Source: a virus
Length of the DNA: 53,650 bases
Reading direction: 5' to 3' (one strand)
IMG/VR virus record: IMGVR_UViG_3300005518_000005
Shown: positions 39,645-47,378 of the stretch, piece by piece
Position numbering within the stretch: position 1 is the stretch's first letter
Layout: each line of letters begins with the position of its first letter
The notes under the pieces: generated by a model
Database searches by the model: none
The model's input: the letters and a program-made list of their open reading frames with translations, nothing else
Told to the model about the DNA's origin: nothing
Translations under genes and position numbers: made by a program

Positions 39645-40163
39645 TCAGGTCAGCTCTTGCGCCGAGTTGGGATCGGCCGCGATGCGCAGCTTGAGCGCGA
39701 ACTCCTCGTAATCCTTCGGCTGCAGCGCCTTCGCGTTTGTCACGACCTTGCCGTCGTCGGTCGCGTACTCGGCCAGCAGCGCGACGAGCTTGGGACGCAT
39801 CTGCGGGCCCTTGTCGAGCGCGGCCTTGATGCCGGCGCTGATCTCCTCGAGCGTGACGACCTTGTCCTCAAGCTCCGCGCCGTTCAATGCGGGCTTGGGG
39901 GTCTTGGGCGCAGCGGACGCCTTCGATGCAGAAGGCTTCTCGGCGGCAGCGGCCGTCGTCGGCGTGTCGGCAGACTTTCCCGGCTTCGCGGCGGGTTCCT
40001 CCTTCTTGAGGACCTCGACCGCCGGGGCTGCAGCGGCAACGCGCGAGCCGAGCGCGGAGAGTTCGGCGCTCTGGGCCACGAGGCCGTGGGCGCCGGCAAG
40101 GCGCGAGACGAACGCGTAGAGCTCGACATCGCTGTCGAACGTGAGCGTCAAGGTGGGCTTCAT
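39645..40163 (-). CDS. Hypothetical early protein with a central Ala/Pro/Lys linker (172 aa)
   Basis: ATG start, good GC3. Two folded-looking ends are joined by a low-complexity linker. Confidence 0.7.
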   Translation of the reverse strand: MKPTLTLTFDSDVELYAFVSRLAGAHGLVAQSAELSALGSRVAAAAPAVEVLKKEEPAAKPGKSADTPTTAAAAEKPSASKASAAPKTPKPALNGAELEDKVVTLEEISAGIKAALDKGPQMRPKLVALLAEYATDDGKVVTNAKALQPKDYEEFALKLRIAADPNSAQELT

Positions 40164-40193
40164 GAGGTCCTTTCTGGGGTTGTGAATTTTGAG

Positions 40194-40373
40194 TCAGTAG
40201 CCGTAGCCGTAGCCGGAGCCGTCGCCGTAGCCGTAGCCGGAGCCGGAGCCGTAGCCGGAGCCGTCGCCGTAGCCGGAGCCGTCGCCGTAGCCGGAGCCGT
40301 CGCCGTAGCCGGAGCCGGAGCCGGAGGAAACGGCGGTTACTTCCGGGTCGATCAGCGCACGTTCCTGCTTCAT
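40194..40373 (-). CDS. Gly/Ser/Tyr/Asp repeat peptide (59 aa), first gene of the leftward early operon
   Basis: AAGGAA upstream of the ATG. MKQERALIDPEVTAVSS is followed by (GSGYGD)n and ends GYGYGY*. The tandem repeat keeps the frame. Confidence 0.55.
   Translation of the reverse strand: MKQERALIDPEVTAVSSGSGSGYGDGSGYGDGSGYGDGSGYGSGSGYGYGDGSGYGYGY
40197..40326. repeat. Tandem 6/18-bp periodic repeat (GCCGTAGCCGGAGCCGTC-type units)
   Basis: About 130 bp of head-to-tail units are visible on lines 40201-40321. It coincides with the repeat-peptide ORF. Confidence 0.9.
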
Positions 40374-40456
40374 TTGTGGTTCCTTTTCCGGGTTGCGTGA
40401 GTCGAAAGATAACATTTGTTCCCTCACTCTGTCAACAGGGCATGCACCGATTGCGG

Positions 40457-40485
40457 AGAAAAAAGAGAGCCGCACAAGGCGGCTC
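40457..40485 (-). terminator. Rho-independent terminator oriented leftward, upstream of the first leftward gene (leader/attenuator)
   Basis: On the minus strand: GAGCCGC cttgt GCGGCTC followed by TCTTTTTTCTCC. Confidence 0.6.
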
Positions 40486-40538
40486 GGAAGGTCCGGGCCT
40501 AGGGAGGAGGGAGGACAGAGACATCCCGGACAGGGATC

Positions 40539-40567
40539 AATGTACCGGTGGCGCGTCGGGATAGCAA
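40539..40567 (-). promoter_or_regulatory. Candidate sigma70-type leftward early promoter TTGCTA-N17-TACATT
   Basis: Read on the minus strand: TTGCTA (complement of 40562-40567), a 17-nt spacer, then TACATT (complement of 40539-40544). The -35 lies inside the operator palindrome. Confidence 0.35.
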
Positions 40568-40576
40568 GTGTTATCC
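40559..40576. promoter_or_regulatory. Operator-like palindrome, copy 1 (GGATAGCAAGTGTTATCC)
   Basis: Half-sites GGATAGCA / GGATAACA. It ends 8 nt before ATG 40584. Confidence 0.55.
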
Positions 40577-40583
40577 TCACGCC

Positions 40584-40871
40584 ATGCCGACTTTTCGCAA
40601 ACGACCTCTCGCGCCGAACAAGCGCTTCTATGCTCTGTGGCTGTCGCTGACGCCGACGCAGCGCGTCGTGTTTGCCAAGCATGTCAAGTCGACCGTGGGC
40701 AGCCTCAAGCACACGGCGTACGGCCGGCGGCGCATCACGACCGAGATGGCTGCGTTGATCGAGAAGGCCACGGTGCGGATGTCGCTGGACCCCATCAACC
40801 GGGTGGAGCTCAGTCAGACTTGCGCGGACTGCAGCTACGCGAAGGCGTGCCTCGGCGCGAAGCTCACATGA
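40584..40871 (+). CDS. Cro/YdaS-like HTH DNA-binding regulator
   Basis: ATG 40584. ..VVFAKHVKSTVGSLKHTAYGRRRITTEMAALIEKATVRMSLDPINRVEL.. resembles Cro/YdaS-type HTH proteins. Confidence 0.6.
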   Translation: MPTFRKRPLAPNKRFYALWLSLTPTQRVVFAKHVKSTVGSLKHTAYGRRRITTEMAALIEKATVRMSLDPINRVELSQTCADCSYAKACLGAKLT

Positions 40872-41074
40872 TCTCGGTCACGATCGACAGCACCAAGCAC
40901 GACAACCCCGTGCACCAGGGCATGCACGTGCTCGCGCAGTTGCGCCAGCGCGGCGTGCCGGCGGTGGGTGTGCTCTGGCCGATCGGGGTCGAGCATGGCG
41001 AGTTGCGTGTGAGCGGCCCGGACATCCTGACTGGCGAGGTCGAGTATGTGTGGAAGCCCGACGCGGGAGCGTAA
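40868..41074 (+). CDS. Hypothetical protein (68 aa)
   Basis: ATGA overlap with the regulator stop. Confidence 0.6.
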   Translation: MISVTIDSTKHDNPVHQGMHVLAQLRQRGVPAVGVLWPIGVEHGELRVSGPDILTGEVEYVWKPDAGA

Positions 41075-41078
41075 GGGC

Positions 41079-41096
41079 GGGTAGCACTTGCTATCC
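41079..41096. promoter_or_regulatory. Operator-like palindrome, copy 2 (GGGTAGCACTTGCTATCC)
   Basis: Half-sites GGGTAGCA / GGATAGCA. It overlaps the -35 of the candidate promoter at 41088-41116. Confidence 0.55.
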
Positions 41097-41116
41097 GGGC
41101 GTGGGAGTCCTATCCT
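41088..41116 (+). promoter_or_regulatory. Candidate sigma70-type rightward promoter TTGCTA-N17-TATCCT
   Basis: TTGCTA at 41088-41093, a 17-nt spacer, then TATCCT at 41111-41116. It lies upstream of the gene at 41239. Confidence 0.35.
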
Positions 41117-41238
41117 ACGCCTCCCGCCAACACAATTCCATCGACCACGAGAGAGCGCGCACAACCCGTGATGGCGGGTGGTCTTGGCGGGCCGTGTGCG
41201 CGCTCCCTCGTGGTCTCTTTTTCCCCGAGGAAACCCCC

Positions 41239-41445
41239 ATGTCGAAAGAGACGATCGCCCGCGAGGCCTACGCGCAGCTCGGGGCCATGAGCCCCTACAC
41301 CTCGAACAGCGCCGACGAGCAGACCTTCGCGCTGCTGATGGTGGCCTCGGCCGTCGACCGCCTCACCGAGCTCCTGCGCCCGCTGGCCGAGCGAGCGCTC
41401 GCCGAGATCGCGAAAGAGGACGCGCAGCGGGCGGCTGGCCGGTGA
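41239..41445 (+). CDS. Hypothetical helical protein (68 aa)
   Basis: GAGGAA upstream of ATG 41239. Confidence 0.6.
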   Translation: MSKETIAREAYAQLGAMSPYTSNSADEQTFALLMVASAVDRLTELLRPLAERALAEIAKEDAQRAAGR

Positions 41446-41515
41446 TCGGCCCCGTCTGTCCGGCGCCGGCCCTGGCGCTGTCGCCCTGTCATCTTCCCAA
41501 CTGTGAGGTACGCCC

Positions 41516-41980
41516 ATGAAGGCTATTCAGACCCGGTACAAAGGTTATCGTTTTCGCAGCCGCCTCGAGGCCCGCTATGCGGTGCTGTTCGACGCGCTGG
41601 GCATCCGATGGGACTATGAACCAGAAGGCTTCGAGTTGCCCGGAGGTTTGCGCTACTTGCCTGACTTCTGGCTGCACATCCCGGGCAAACCCGGATGGGG
41701 CTACTGGATTGAGGTAAAGGCTCTGTCTCCGACTCCGAACGAAGTGCGCCGGCTCGAGATCTTGAGCAAACACACACGGCATCACGGGTGGTTCTTCATC
41801 GGAACACCGGGCAACGGCTTGACGCATGGTGTTTCGCCGAACGGCAAACACTGGCCTTTGTTCGACTCCGCGCCTATCGGTATGTGCGCCCCCAAGGCGT
41901 CGCCCGAAGACGTCGACCGCGCGATCAATGCGGCGCGCAGCGCTCGCTTCGAGTTCGGCGAGTCAGGGGCGCGCGCATGA
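41516..41980 (+). CDS. PD-(D/E)XK-type nuclease (resolvase/TnsA-N-like)
   Basis: YRFRSRLEARYAVLFDALGIRWDYEPEGF, YLPDFWL, WIEVK and C-terminal AINAARSARFEFGE are present. Confidence 0.6.
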   Translation: MKAIQTRYKGYRFRSRLEARYAVLFDALGIRWDYEPEGFELPGGLRYLPDFWLHIPGKPGWGYWIEVKALSPTPNEVRRLEILSKHTRHHGWFFIGTPGNGLTHGVSPNGKHWPLFDSAPIGMCAPKASPEDVDRAINAARSARFEFGESGARA

Positions 41981-44592
41981 GCGGCCCGGCGGAGAAAACC
42001 CTTGCCGCGGCCCTGCGGCCGCTCGTCGACCGGATGCGGACAGACGACACCGTCAGCAAGCGCCTGATCGACGGCGAGATGCGGGCTTACCGCACAGGGC
42101 AGTCGCTGACGGCGGAGCGCCTCGCCGAGCACTTGAACGGCGGCCCGGTGCGCGGCTGCTACGTCATGTCGCCGGGCACGACCACGATGGTCGGGGTGCT
42201 CGACCTCGACAGCCATCGGGGCGAGACGCCGTGGAGCGCGATGGCTGCGGCGGCCTGGGATCTGATGGAGTCCCTGAGGCTGCTCGGCGCCACGCCGATC
42301 GCGTTCCGCTCCGGCGGGGGCCGCGGCGTGCACCTGTATGTGCTCTGGGACGAGCCGCAGGACGCTTATGCCGTACGGCAGTGGTTTCTCGCTGCTCTCA
42401 GATCGTGTGGTTATGTCGAAGGTGCTGGGGGGATCGCCGCCGGTCAGGTCGAGATCTTCCCGAAGCGCGATCACGTCGGGGTCGGCAAGTACGGCGCTCA
42501 GGTGTTCCTGCCGCTCGGCGGCCAGAGCGTGCCGCTCGCCTGGGAGGATCTGCTCGGCGAGCTCGCGCCGATGCCACGCGAGTGGGTGCTCGAGTGGAGG
42601 GAGTGGCCGATCTCGCCGGGTGTGCCGCCCGCGGAGAAACCGGCACGGGCCGAGAGAACGGCGGGGACAGGCCTCGAGGGGCTGGAGATGGGCGAGGCGC
42701 TGCAGACGCTGCGCGCACCGCTGCAGGCGATCGCGGACGCGATCGCAGGAGGCAAGCGCGAGCCGATGCGGCACGACCCGTGGCGCGCGCTGGTGCAGGC
42801 GCTGCACCGGGTCAGCGGCGGAGGCGAGGACGGCCGGGCGCTCGCTCACTGGTTCAGTGCGCAGATCCCCGCGTACGACACGCAGAGGTTGGATCAGGTC
42901 TGGGACACGTCGGACGCGGCGCGCGAGGACGGCGTGGGTGCCGGCACGGTGCTGCGGATCGCCCGGGAATACGGGTGGATCGAGCCGCTCGATGAGAGCT
43001 GGGCCGAGGATGTGAGTGGCGGGGACAACCGGCCGCCTGTGCCGCGGGTGAGCGGCGGCGGAGGTGTCGGCGCGCCGCCGGCCGTACCCTTGCCGTCCGT
43101 GCGTCGGCGGGGTATTCCGGCGGCGCACTATCTCACCACGGATCAGGCGAACGCTAACCGGATCAAGGACGCCTACGGGTCGCTGGTGCTCGTCGCGGCG
43201 GGGCGTTGGTATGTGTGGGACGGAAAACGTTGGGCGGCCGACGAGGGGGACGTGTATCGCTACGCCTGCCGGCTCTCGGACATCGTGCGCACCGAGTCCA
43301 AGGAGTGGGCGGCGAAGGCCGCCCGGGCCGATGCAGACGGCGACGGTGCCAAGGCAAAAGAGCTCGGAGCGATCGCCAAGGCGCTCGGTGGTTGGGCGCT
43401 CAAGTGCGAGATGAAAGGCGCCATCGAGGCCGCCGTGGGGCTCTTGCGCAAGATGCTCACGATCGAGGAGGGTGCTCTCGACCGCGACCCGTGGCTGCTC
43501 AATGTCGAGAACGGGGTGGTGGACCTACGGACGGGGGTCTTGCATCGGCACGATCCCGCGCTGTACATCACCAAGCTCGTGCCGCTCGAGTATCGGGCGG
43601 ATGCGCGTGCGGACGAGTGGGCGCGAGCGCTCGCACAGATCACGCGCGAAGAAGAGGAGACGAGCGCGGACGGCGGTGTCGGGGGCGAGATCGCCTCGTT
43701 CCTGCAACGCTGGGCCGGGTATTGCCTGACAGGCTCCATGCGCGAGCAGGCGCTCGTGGTGCACTGGGGGCCGGGCTCGAACGGCAAGAGCGTGATTCTC
43801 GAGATGCTGGCCGAGACGATGGGAGACTACGCCGGCACCGCGGCGCCGGGCCTCCTGCTGGCGTCACGTGGAGAGCGCCACCCCACCGAGATCGCGGATC
43901 TGATGGGCCGGCGTATGGTGACGGCGCACGAGAGCGGCGAGGGGATGGTGCTGCGTGAAGACTTCATCAAGCAGGCCACGGGGGGCGATCGGCTGACGGC
44001 GCGCTTCATGCGGGGCGACTTCTTCGAGTTCGAGCCGACGCACAAGCTGCAGCTCGTGACGAACCACAAACCCCAGGTGAAGGGGCAGGATCTCGGGATC
44101 TGGCGGCGCATGCTCTTGCTTGAGTACGGGGCACTCTTCGGCACGGCGGCGCAGATCGAGGCGGGAACGCACACGCACGTGCGCGATGACGATCTGTTGG
44201 CGCGGCTGCGGGGCGAGCTTGAAGGGGTCTTGGCGTGGCGCGTGCGCGGGGCCGTCGAGTGGTTCGCTCGGGGGCTGGCGCCGCCGGCCCGGGTGCTCGC
44301 GGCCACGGCGGGTTACAGAAGCCAGCAGGACCGGGTGGGGCAGTTCGTTGAGGAGTGCTGCGAGGTCGGACGTGACTTCGAGGAGGCGCTAGCCGAGGGG
44401 ATGGGAGGCGGCCTCTACCCGGCCTACGTCGATTGGTGCAAGGAGGGCGGCGTGATGCCGCTGTCCAAAGTGCGGTTCAAGGATGACGTGTTGCGGGTGG
44501 TGCCGCGGGCGGTTGCGGTGCCTCGGAAATCAGCGGCGACGAAACGCAAAATCGTGATCATGATCGGCGGTTTGAAGCTCTTGCCCGAGTAA
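41977..44592 (+). CDS. Bifunctional primase-polymerase / P4(D5)-type replicative helicase
   Basis: ATGA overlap at the start. VLDLDSH and GGGRGVHLYVLW (prim-pol) are present. GPGSNGKSV (Walker A) and RMVTAHESGEG also occur. 871 aa. Confidence 0.85.
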   Translation: MSGPAEKTLAAALRPLVDRMRTDDTVSKRLIDGEMRAYRTGQSLTAERLAEHLNGGPVRGCYVMSPGTTTMVGVLDLDSHRGETPWSAMAAAAWDLMESLRLLGATPIAFRSGGGRGVHLYVLWDEPQDAYAVRQWFLAALRSCGYVEGAGGIAAGQVEIFPKRDHVGVGKYGAQVFLPLGGQSVPLAWEDLLGELAPMPREWVLEWREWPISPGVPPAEKPARAERTAGTGLEGLEMGEALQTLRAPLQAIADAIAGGKREPMRHDPWRALVQALHRVSGGGEDGRALAHWFSAQIPAYDTQRLDQVWDTSDAAREDGVGAGTVLRIAREYGWIEPLDESWAEDVSGGDNRPPVPRVSGGGGVGAPPAVPLPSVRRRGIPAAHYLTTDQANANRIKDAYGSLVLVAAGRWYVWDGKRWAADEGDVYRYACRLSDIVRTESKEWAAKAARADADGDGAKAKELGAIAKALGGWALKCEMKGAIEAAVGLLRKMLTIEEGALDRDPWLLNVENGVVDLRTGVLHRHDPALYITKLVPLEYRADARADEWARALAQITREEEETSADGGVGGEIASFLQRWAGYCLTGSMREQALVVHWGPGSNGKSVILEMLAETMGDYAGTAAPGLLLASRGERHPTEIADLMGRRMVTAHESGEGMVLREDFIKQATGGDRLTARFMRGDFFEFEPTHKLQLVTNHKPQVKGQDLGIWRRMLLLEYGALFGTAAQIEAGTHTHVRDDDLLARLRGELEGVLAWRVRGAVEWFARGLAPPARVLAATAGYRSQQDRVGQFVEECCEVGRDFEEALAEGMGGGLYPAYVDWCKEGGVMPLSKVRFKDDVLRVVPRAVAVPRKSAATKRKIVIMIGGLKLLPE

Positions 44593-44609
44593 ACCCGAAG
44601 GCGGGTTTT
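44591..44609 (+). terminator. Weak hairpin/terminator directly after the primase-helicase stop
   Basis: AAACCCG aagg CGGGTTT followed by TCCC. The T-run is partly inside the stem. Confidence 0.35.
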
Positions 44610-44623
44610 CCCTTAGGCGATAT

Positions 44624-44771
44624 TTCACGACATGAAACGCTGTCCGGTCTGTCCGGTACTTGCACCCTTTTTTCCCTTACCGTCCCTACGCGAGAGATAC
44701 TATTGAGTAAGTGCTATAAGGAAAACGGGGTACAGAGACCGGACAGACCGGACAGCGTTTCACATCGTGAA
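44624..44771. repeat. 34-bp inverted repeat (32/34) with doubled CTGTCCGGT units, flanking an 80-bp AT-richer spacer
   Basis: The left arm (44624-44657) pairs with the right arm (44738-44771). Each arm has two tandem CTGTCCGGT units and a TTCAC..GTGAA-type mini-palindrome. Confidence 0.85.
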
Positions 44772-44791
44772 TTTAAGGGTTTCTACTTAGC

Positions 44792-44974
44792 TCAGAGCCA
44801 CGCGAGCGCGGCCGTGGCGACGAGGAGCGCGCCCGAGGCGACCCAGCACAGCACGTCGACGAGCTGGACGCGGCGGCGATAGCGGACGATCGCGGCACCG
44901 ACATCGGCCCGGTCCCACACCCGCGAGTGCGTGCGGCCGGCGAGCATCTGGCGGTCAGGCGGGAGGGTTGTCAT
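44792..44974 (-). CDS. Small membrane protein (60 aa), hypothetical
   Basis: C-terminal hydrophobic helix VLCWVASGALLVATAALAWL. Confidence 0.5.
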   Translation of the reverse strand: MTTLPPDRQMLAGRTHSRVWDRADVGAAIVRYRRRVQLVDVLCWVASGALLVATAALAWL

Positions 44975-45113
44975 GGTCGAACTCCAGGGTGATGGGGCAG
45001 CCGCGCGAGCGCAGGCCGCAGAACATGCCCCAGGCGCGGGCGAAGCTGTAGGTCCAAGCGAGGAGCTCGCCTGTGCCCTCGGCGCAAAGGCGGTAGCGGG
45101 TCACGCGAACCAT
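44955..45113 (-). CDS. Small Cys-containing ORF (52 aa), hypothetical
   Basis: MVRVTRYRLCAEGTGELLAWTYSFARAWGMFCGLRSRGCPITLEFDHDNPPA*. Protein-like sequence with good GC3. Not in the track because it is under 60 aa. Confidence 0.4.
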   Translation of the reverse strand: MVRVTRYRLCAEGTGELLAWTYSFARAWGMFCGLRSRGCPITLEFDHDNPPA

Positions 45114-45232
45114 CGCAGCCAGAGACGACGGACGAGACTGGGGCGGTGGTGACCGTGCCCGGGAAGGGCCCAGGAGGGTGTGGGGCCGGCCTCGGCGAGG
45201 GCGGCGTGGGCGTTGATGTCGGAGTGATGCAT
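45101..45232 (-). CDS. Small ORF (43 aa), uncertain
   Basis: GGAG lies 7 nt upstream of ATG 45232. Its stop overlaps the next small ORF start region. Confidence 0.3.
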   Translation of the reverse strand: MHHSDINAHAALAEAGPTPSWALPGHGHHRPSLVRRLWLRWFA

Positions 45233-45277
45233 ATCGGGCTCCAGAGATGCCCGGGCGCTGCCCGGGTGGGTTGAGGG

Positions 45278-46267
45278 TCAGATGGCGAAGGCGAGATCCA
45301 GAGCGCGGGTCTTGAGGTCGTCGCCGGCACCGAAGAGAGCGGAGTCCAGGCGGTGATCAGCGGTCTTGCCACCCTTGACGTGGTCGACCCAAGCGGTGCA
45401 GGCATTCACGATGCCCCAGGCGGTACCGCGGACACCGGGCAGGCCTTGGCCCAGCGCGGAGCCGGCGAACAGGGCGAGGATGTCGGCCTCGCCCTTCGGG
45501 GCGCGCTGGCCTTCCTCGAGCACAGTCGGTTGCGGGATGCCGTTGACGATCTTGGTCGGGCGCAGCAGCTCGCGGACGAAGGCCTCCGCAGCAGCCTGGG
45601 TGATGCGCTTCTCGCTCAGTTGGCGGGCGTCCTCCATGAACCGGGCGAAGTGCTCGGAGTTCTGCTCCAGGCGAGCCTTGATCGCCATCGCGTCGAAGAC
45701 TTGGCGATGCGTCACACGGGCATCGGCCTTGGCGTAGCGGGCCATGCTCAGGGTGTTGTTGCACACGACGCGCACGCTGGTCTCGCGGGCCTCGGTGGCG
45801 CTGGAGCCATCGCAGCTCGTCGAGAGCAGCAGATACGAGCCGACCTCATCCTGAGCGGTGACGAAGGCGCGGGCGACCTTGGCGAGTGCCCAGAACTTGC
45901 GGCCACCGAAGAGCGTACCGGCGGTCTCGAGCTGGTAGCCGTTGCCCTCGATCAGGTCACGGAAGAACTCGAGGACGGTCTTCGGTTGCACGACCTTGTA
46001 CGAGGGACTGACGATGCCCAGCGGGGCCTTGGTGTCGCTGCGGAACAGCACGATCTGGTCAGGGAATTCGCGCTGATCGGTGCCCTGGGCGTCGCAGAAG
46101 TAGCGGGCCTTGGACTTCTGGATGCGCCAGTCCATGCCGGCCGAGACTTGCCAAGTCTCGAGATCGGCACCGACCTCGAGCTGCTGGCCGAGGCCGTGCC
46201 AGGGCTTTTCTCCGACATAAGCCATTTCGGCGGTGCTGTTGGCGCGGATGGTGAGTTCGTGGGACAT
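45278..46267 (-). CDS. DUF932-like (phage/plasmid-related) protein
   Basis: ATG 46267 with AAAGGAAA upstream. The N-terminal signature MAYVGEKPWHGLGQQL is present. 329 aa. Confidence 0.7.
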   Translation of the reverse strand: MSHELTIRANSTAEMAYVGEKPWHGLGQQLEVGADLETWQVSAGMDWRIQKSKARYFCDAQGTDQREFPDQIVLFRSDTKAPLGIVSPSYKVVQPKTVLEFFRDLIEGNGYQLETAGTLFGGRKFWALAKVARAFVTAQDEVGSYLLLSTSCDGSSATEARETSVRVVCNNTLSMARYAKADARVTHRQVFDAMAIKARLEQNSEHFARFMEDARQLSEKRITQAAAEAFVRELLRPTKIVNGIPQPTVLEEGQRAPKGEADILALFAGSALGQGLPGVRGTAWGIVNACTAWVDHVKGGKTADHRLDSALFGAGDDLKTRALDLAFAI

Positions 46268-46291
46268 GATGGTTTCCTTTGGCGGGTTGCG

Positions 46292-46309
46292 AGGTAGCAA
46301 TTGCTACCT
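46292..46309. promoter_or_regulatory. Operator-like palindrome, copy 3 (AGGTAGCAATTGCTACCT, perfect 18-bp)
   Basis: A perfect palindrome 25 nt upstream of ATG 46267, in the AT-richer divergent region 46268-46387. Confidence 0.6.
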
Positions 46310-46387
46310 CTGGGGCGGATCTTAGGCTAAGACTCAGGTGGAGCGCAAGAACTTTCGATAGATTAAAAAGTAATTGGAGAACTACGG

Positions 46388-46762
46388 TTGATTGCGAAGC
46401 TGGGCGTATGGACAGTTTTTGACCTATATTCGCGCTCTATGACGAAGCTGTGGAGAGCCCAAGCGCACGACGATGACCCGAGCATCGGGGGTGTGATCGT
46501 GCAATGGCCCAGCGGGCACACGAGCAGTGCTGCGTGGCGCAGCGGGGCGCCGATTCCGGACACGCTTGCTGCAGCGAAGGAGTACGCAACGGCGCTCGTA
46601 CAGCAGGCCCTCGATCAGCGGCGCATCGACGATGTCGAGCGCACGAACACCCCCTCGCTGGTCGCTGCGATTCAGAAGCACATCAGCGACTGGAACGACC
46701 AGCTCAAAGCGGCCATCTACGCACGAGGACCGCAACCGGACGATGCCAGTCCTCTCCAATGA
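46388..46762 (+). CDS. Hypothetical protein (TTG 46388 with GGAG upstream; alternative ATG 46439)
   Basis: GGAG at 46376-46379 lies 8 nt before the TTG. It overlaps the terS start by 20 nt. Confidence 0.55.
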   Translation: MIAKLGVWTVFDLYSRSMTKLWRAQAHDDDPSIGGVIVQWPSGHTSSAAWRSGAPIPDTLAAAKEYATALVQQALDQRRIDDVERTNTPSLVAAIQKHISDWNDQLKAAIYARGPQPDDASPLQ

Positions 46763-47378
46763 TCGCCATGAGCTGTTCTGCCGGCGAGTCGTGGAACATG
46801 GGAATGCCGCGCTCGCTTGCGAACAGGTTGGGTATCACCGGGACAATGCGCGGCATTTGGTCGTTAAGCCACACATAGCCGCGAGGATCGAAGAGTTGAC
46901 CTCCAACCTGCTCAAAGCATCCGACATCAACGCGAAGCGTGTGATGCTCGAGTTGGGGCGCGTGGCCTTCAGTGACGTGCGCAAGCTGTACCGCCCCGAT
47001 GGCAGCATGACGCCGATCCACGAGCTGGACGACGACACCGCGGCCGCGATTGCCGGCCTCGAGTTCGAGGAACGGCTCGAGAAGGAGACGCGGGAAGAGG
47101 TCGACCTCGTGACCGGCGAAGTGACCCAGGTCAAGGACTGGAAGCCGGTACGCACGGTCAAGGTGAAGCGGTTCGGCAAGGACGCAGCGCTGACGACGCT
47201 TGCGAAGCACTTCAAGATCATCGGCGACGAGGCGGACGGCGTAAACGCGCTCGCGAACGCGCTGGCCGGGCGACTGCAGGGCGCACGGTCGCGCGTGCCG
47301 CTGGTGGACGAGGTGCCGGCGGACGAGCAGCACCAGCGGGTAGGGGTAAACCCGCACGAGACGAATAGAGGCCCGTAG
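46743..47378 (+). CDS. terS: Terminase small subunit
   Basis: MPVLSNDRHELFCRRVVEHGNAALACEQVGYHRDNARHLVVKPHIAARIEEL resembles the Terminase_2/P27-type N-terminal HTH. Lies upstream of terL. Confidence 0.75.
   Translation: MPVLSNDRHELFCRRVVEHGNAALACEQVGYHRDNARHLVVKPHIAARIEELTSNLLKASDINAKRVMLELGRVAFSDVRKLYRPDGSMTPIHELDDDTAAAIAGLEFEERLEKETREEVDLVTGEVTQVKDWKPVRTVKVKRFGKDAALTTLAKHFKIIGDEADGVNALANALAGRLQGARSRVPLVDEVPADEQHQRVGVNPHETNRGP

Noticed and set aside
40197-40326. CRISPR-like or iteron array, because of short repeated units.
   Set aside because: The units are contiguous with no spacers, have 6/18-bp periodicity, and stay in frame within an SD-led ORF. No cas genes are present. An iteron function cannot be fully excluded and is noted in the finding.
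44971-45405. 144-aa minus-strand ORF rich in Pro/Ser/Thr.
   Set aside because: It overlaps the 3' end of the DUF932-like gene in another frame and has off-frame composition. Two shorter SD-led ORFs (45101..45232 and 44955..45113) explain the region better, though only at low confidence.
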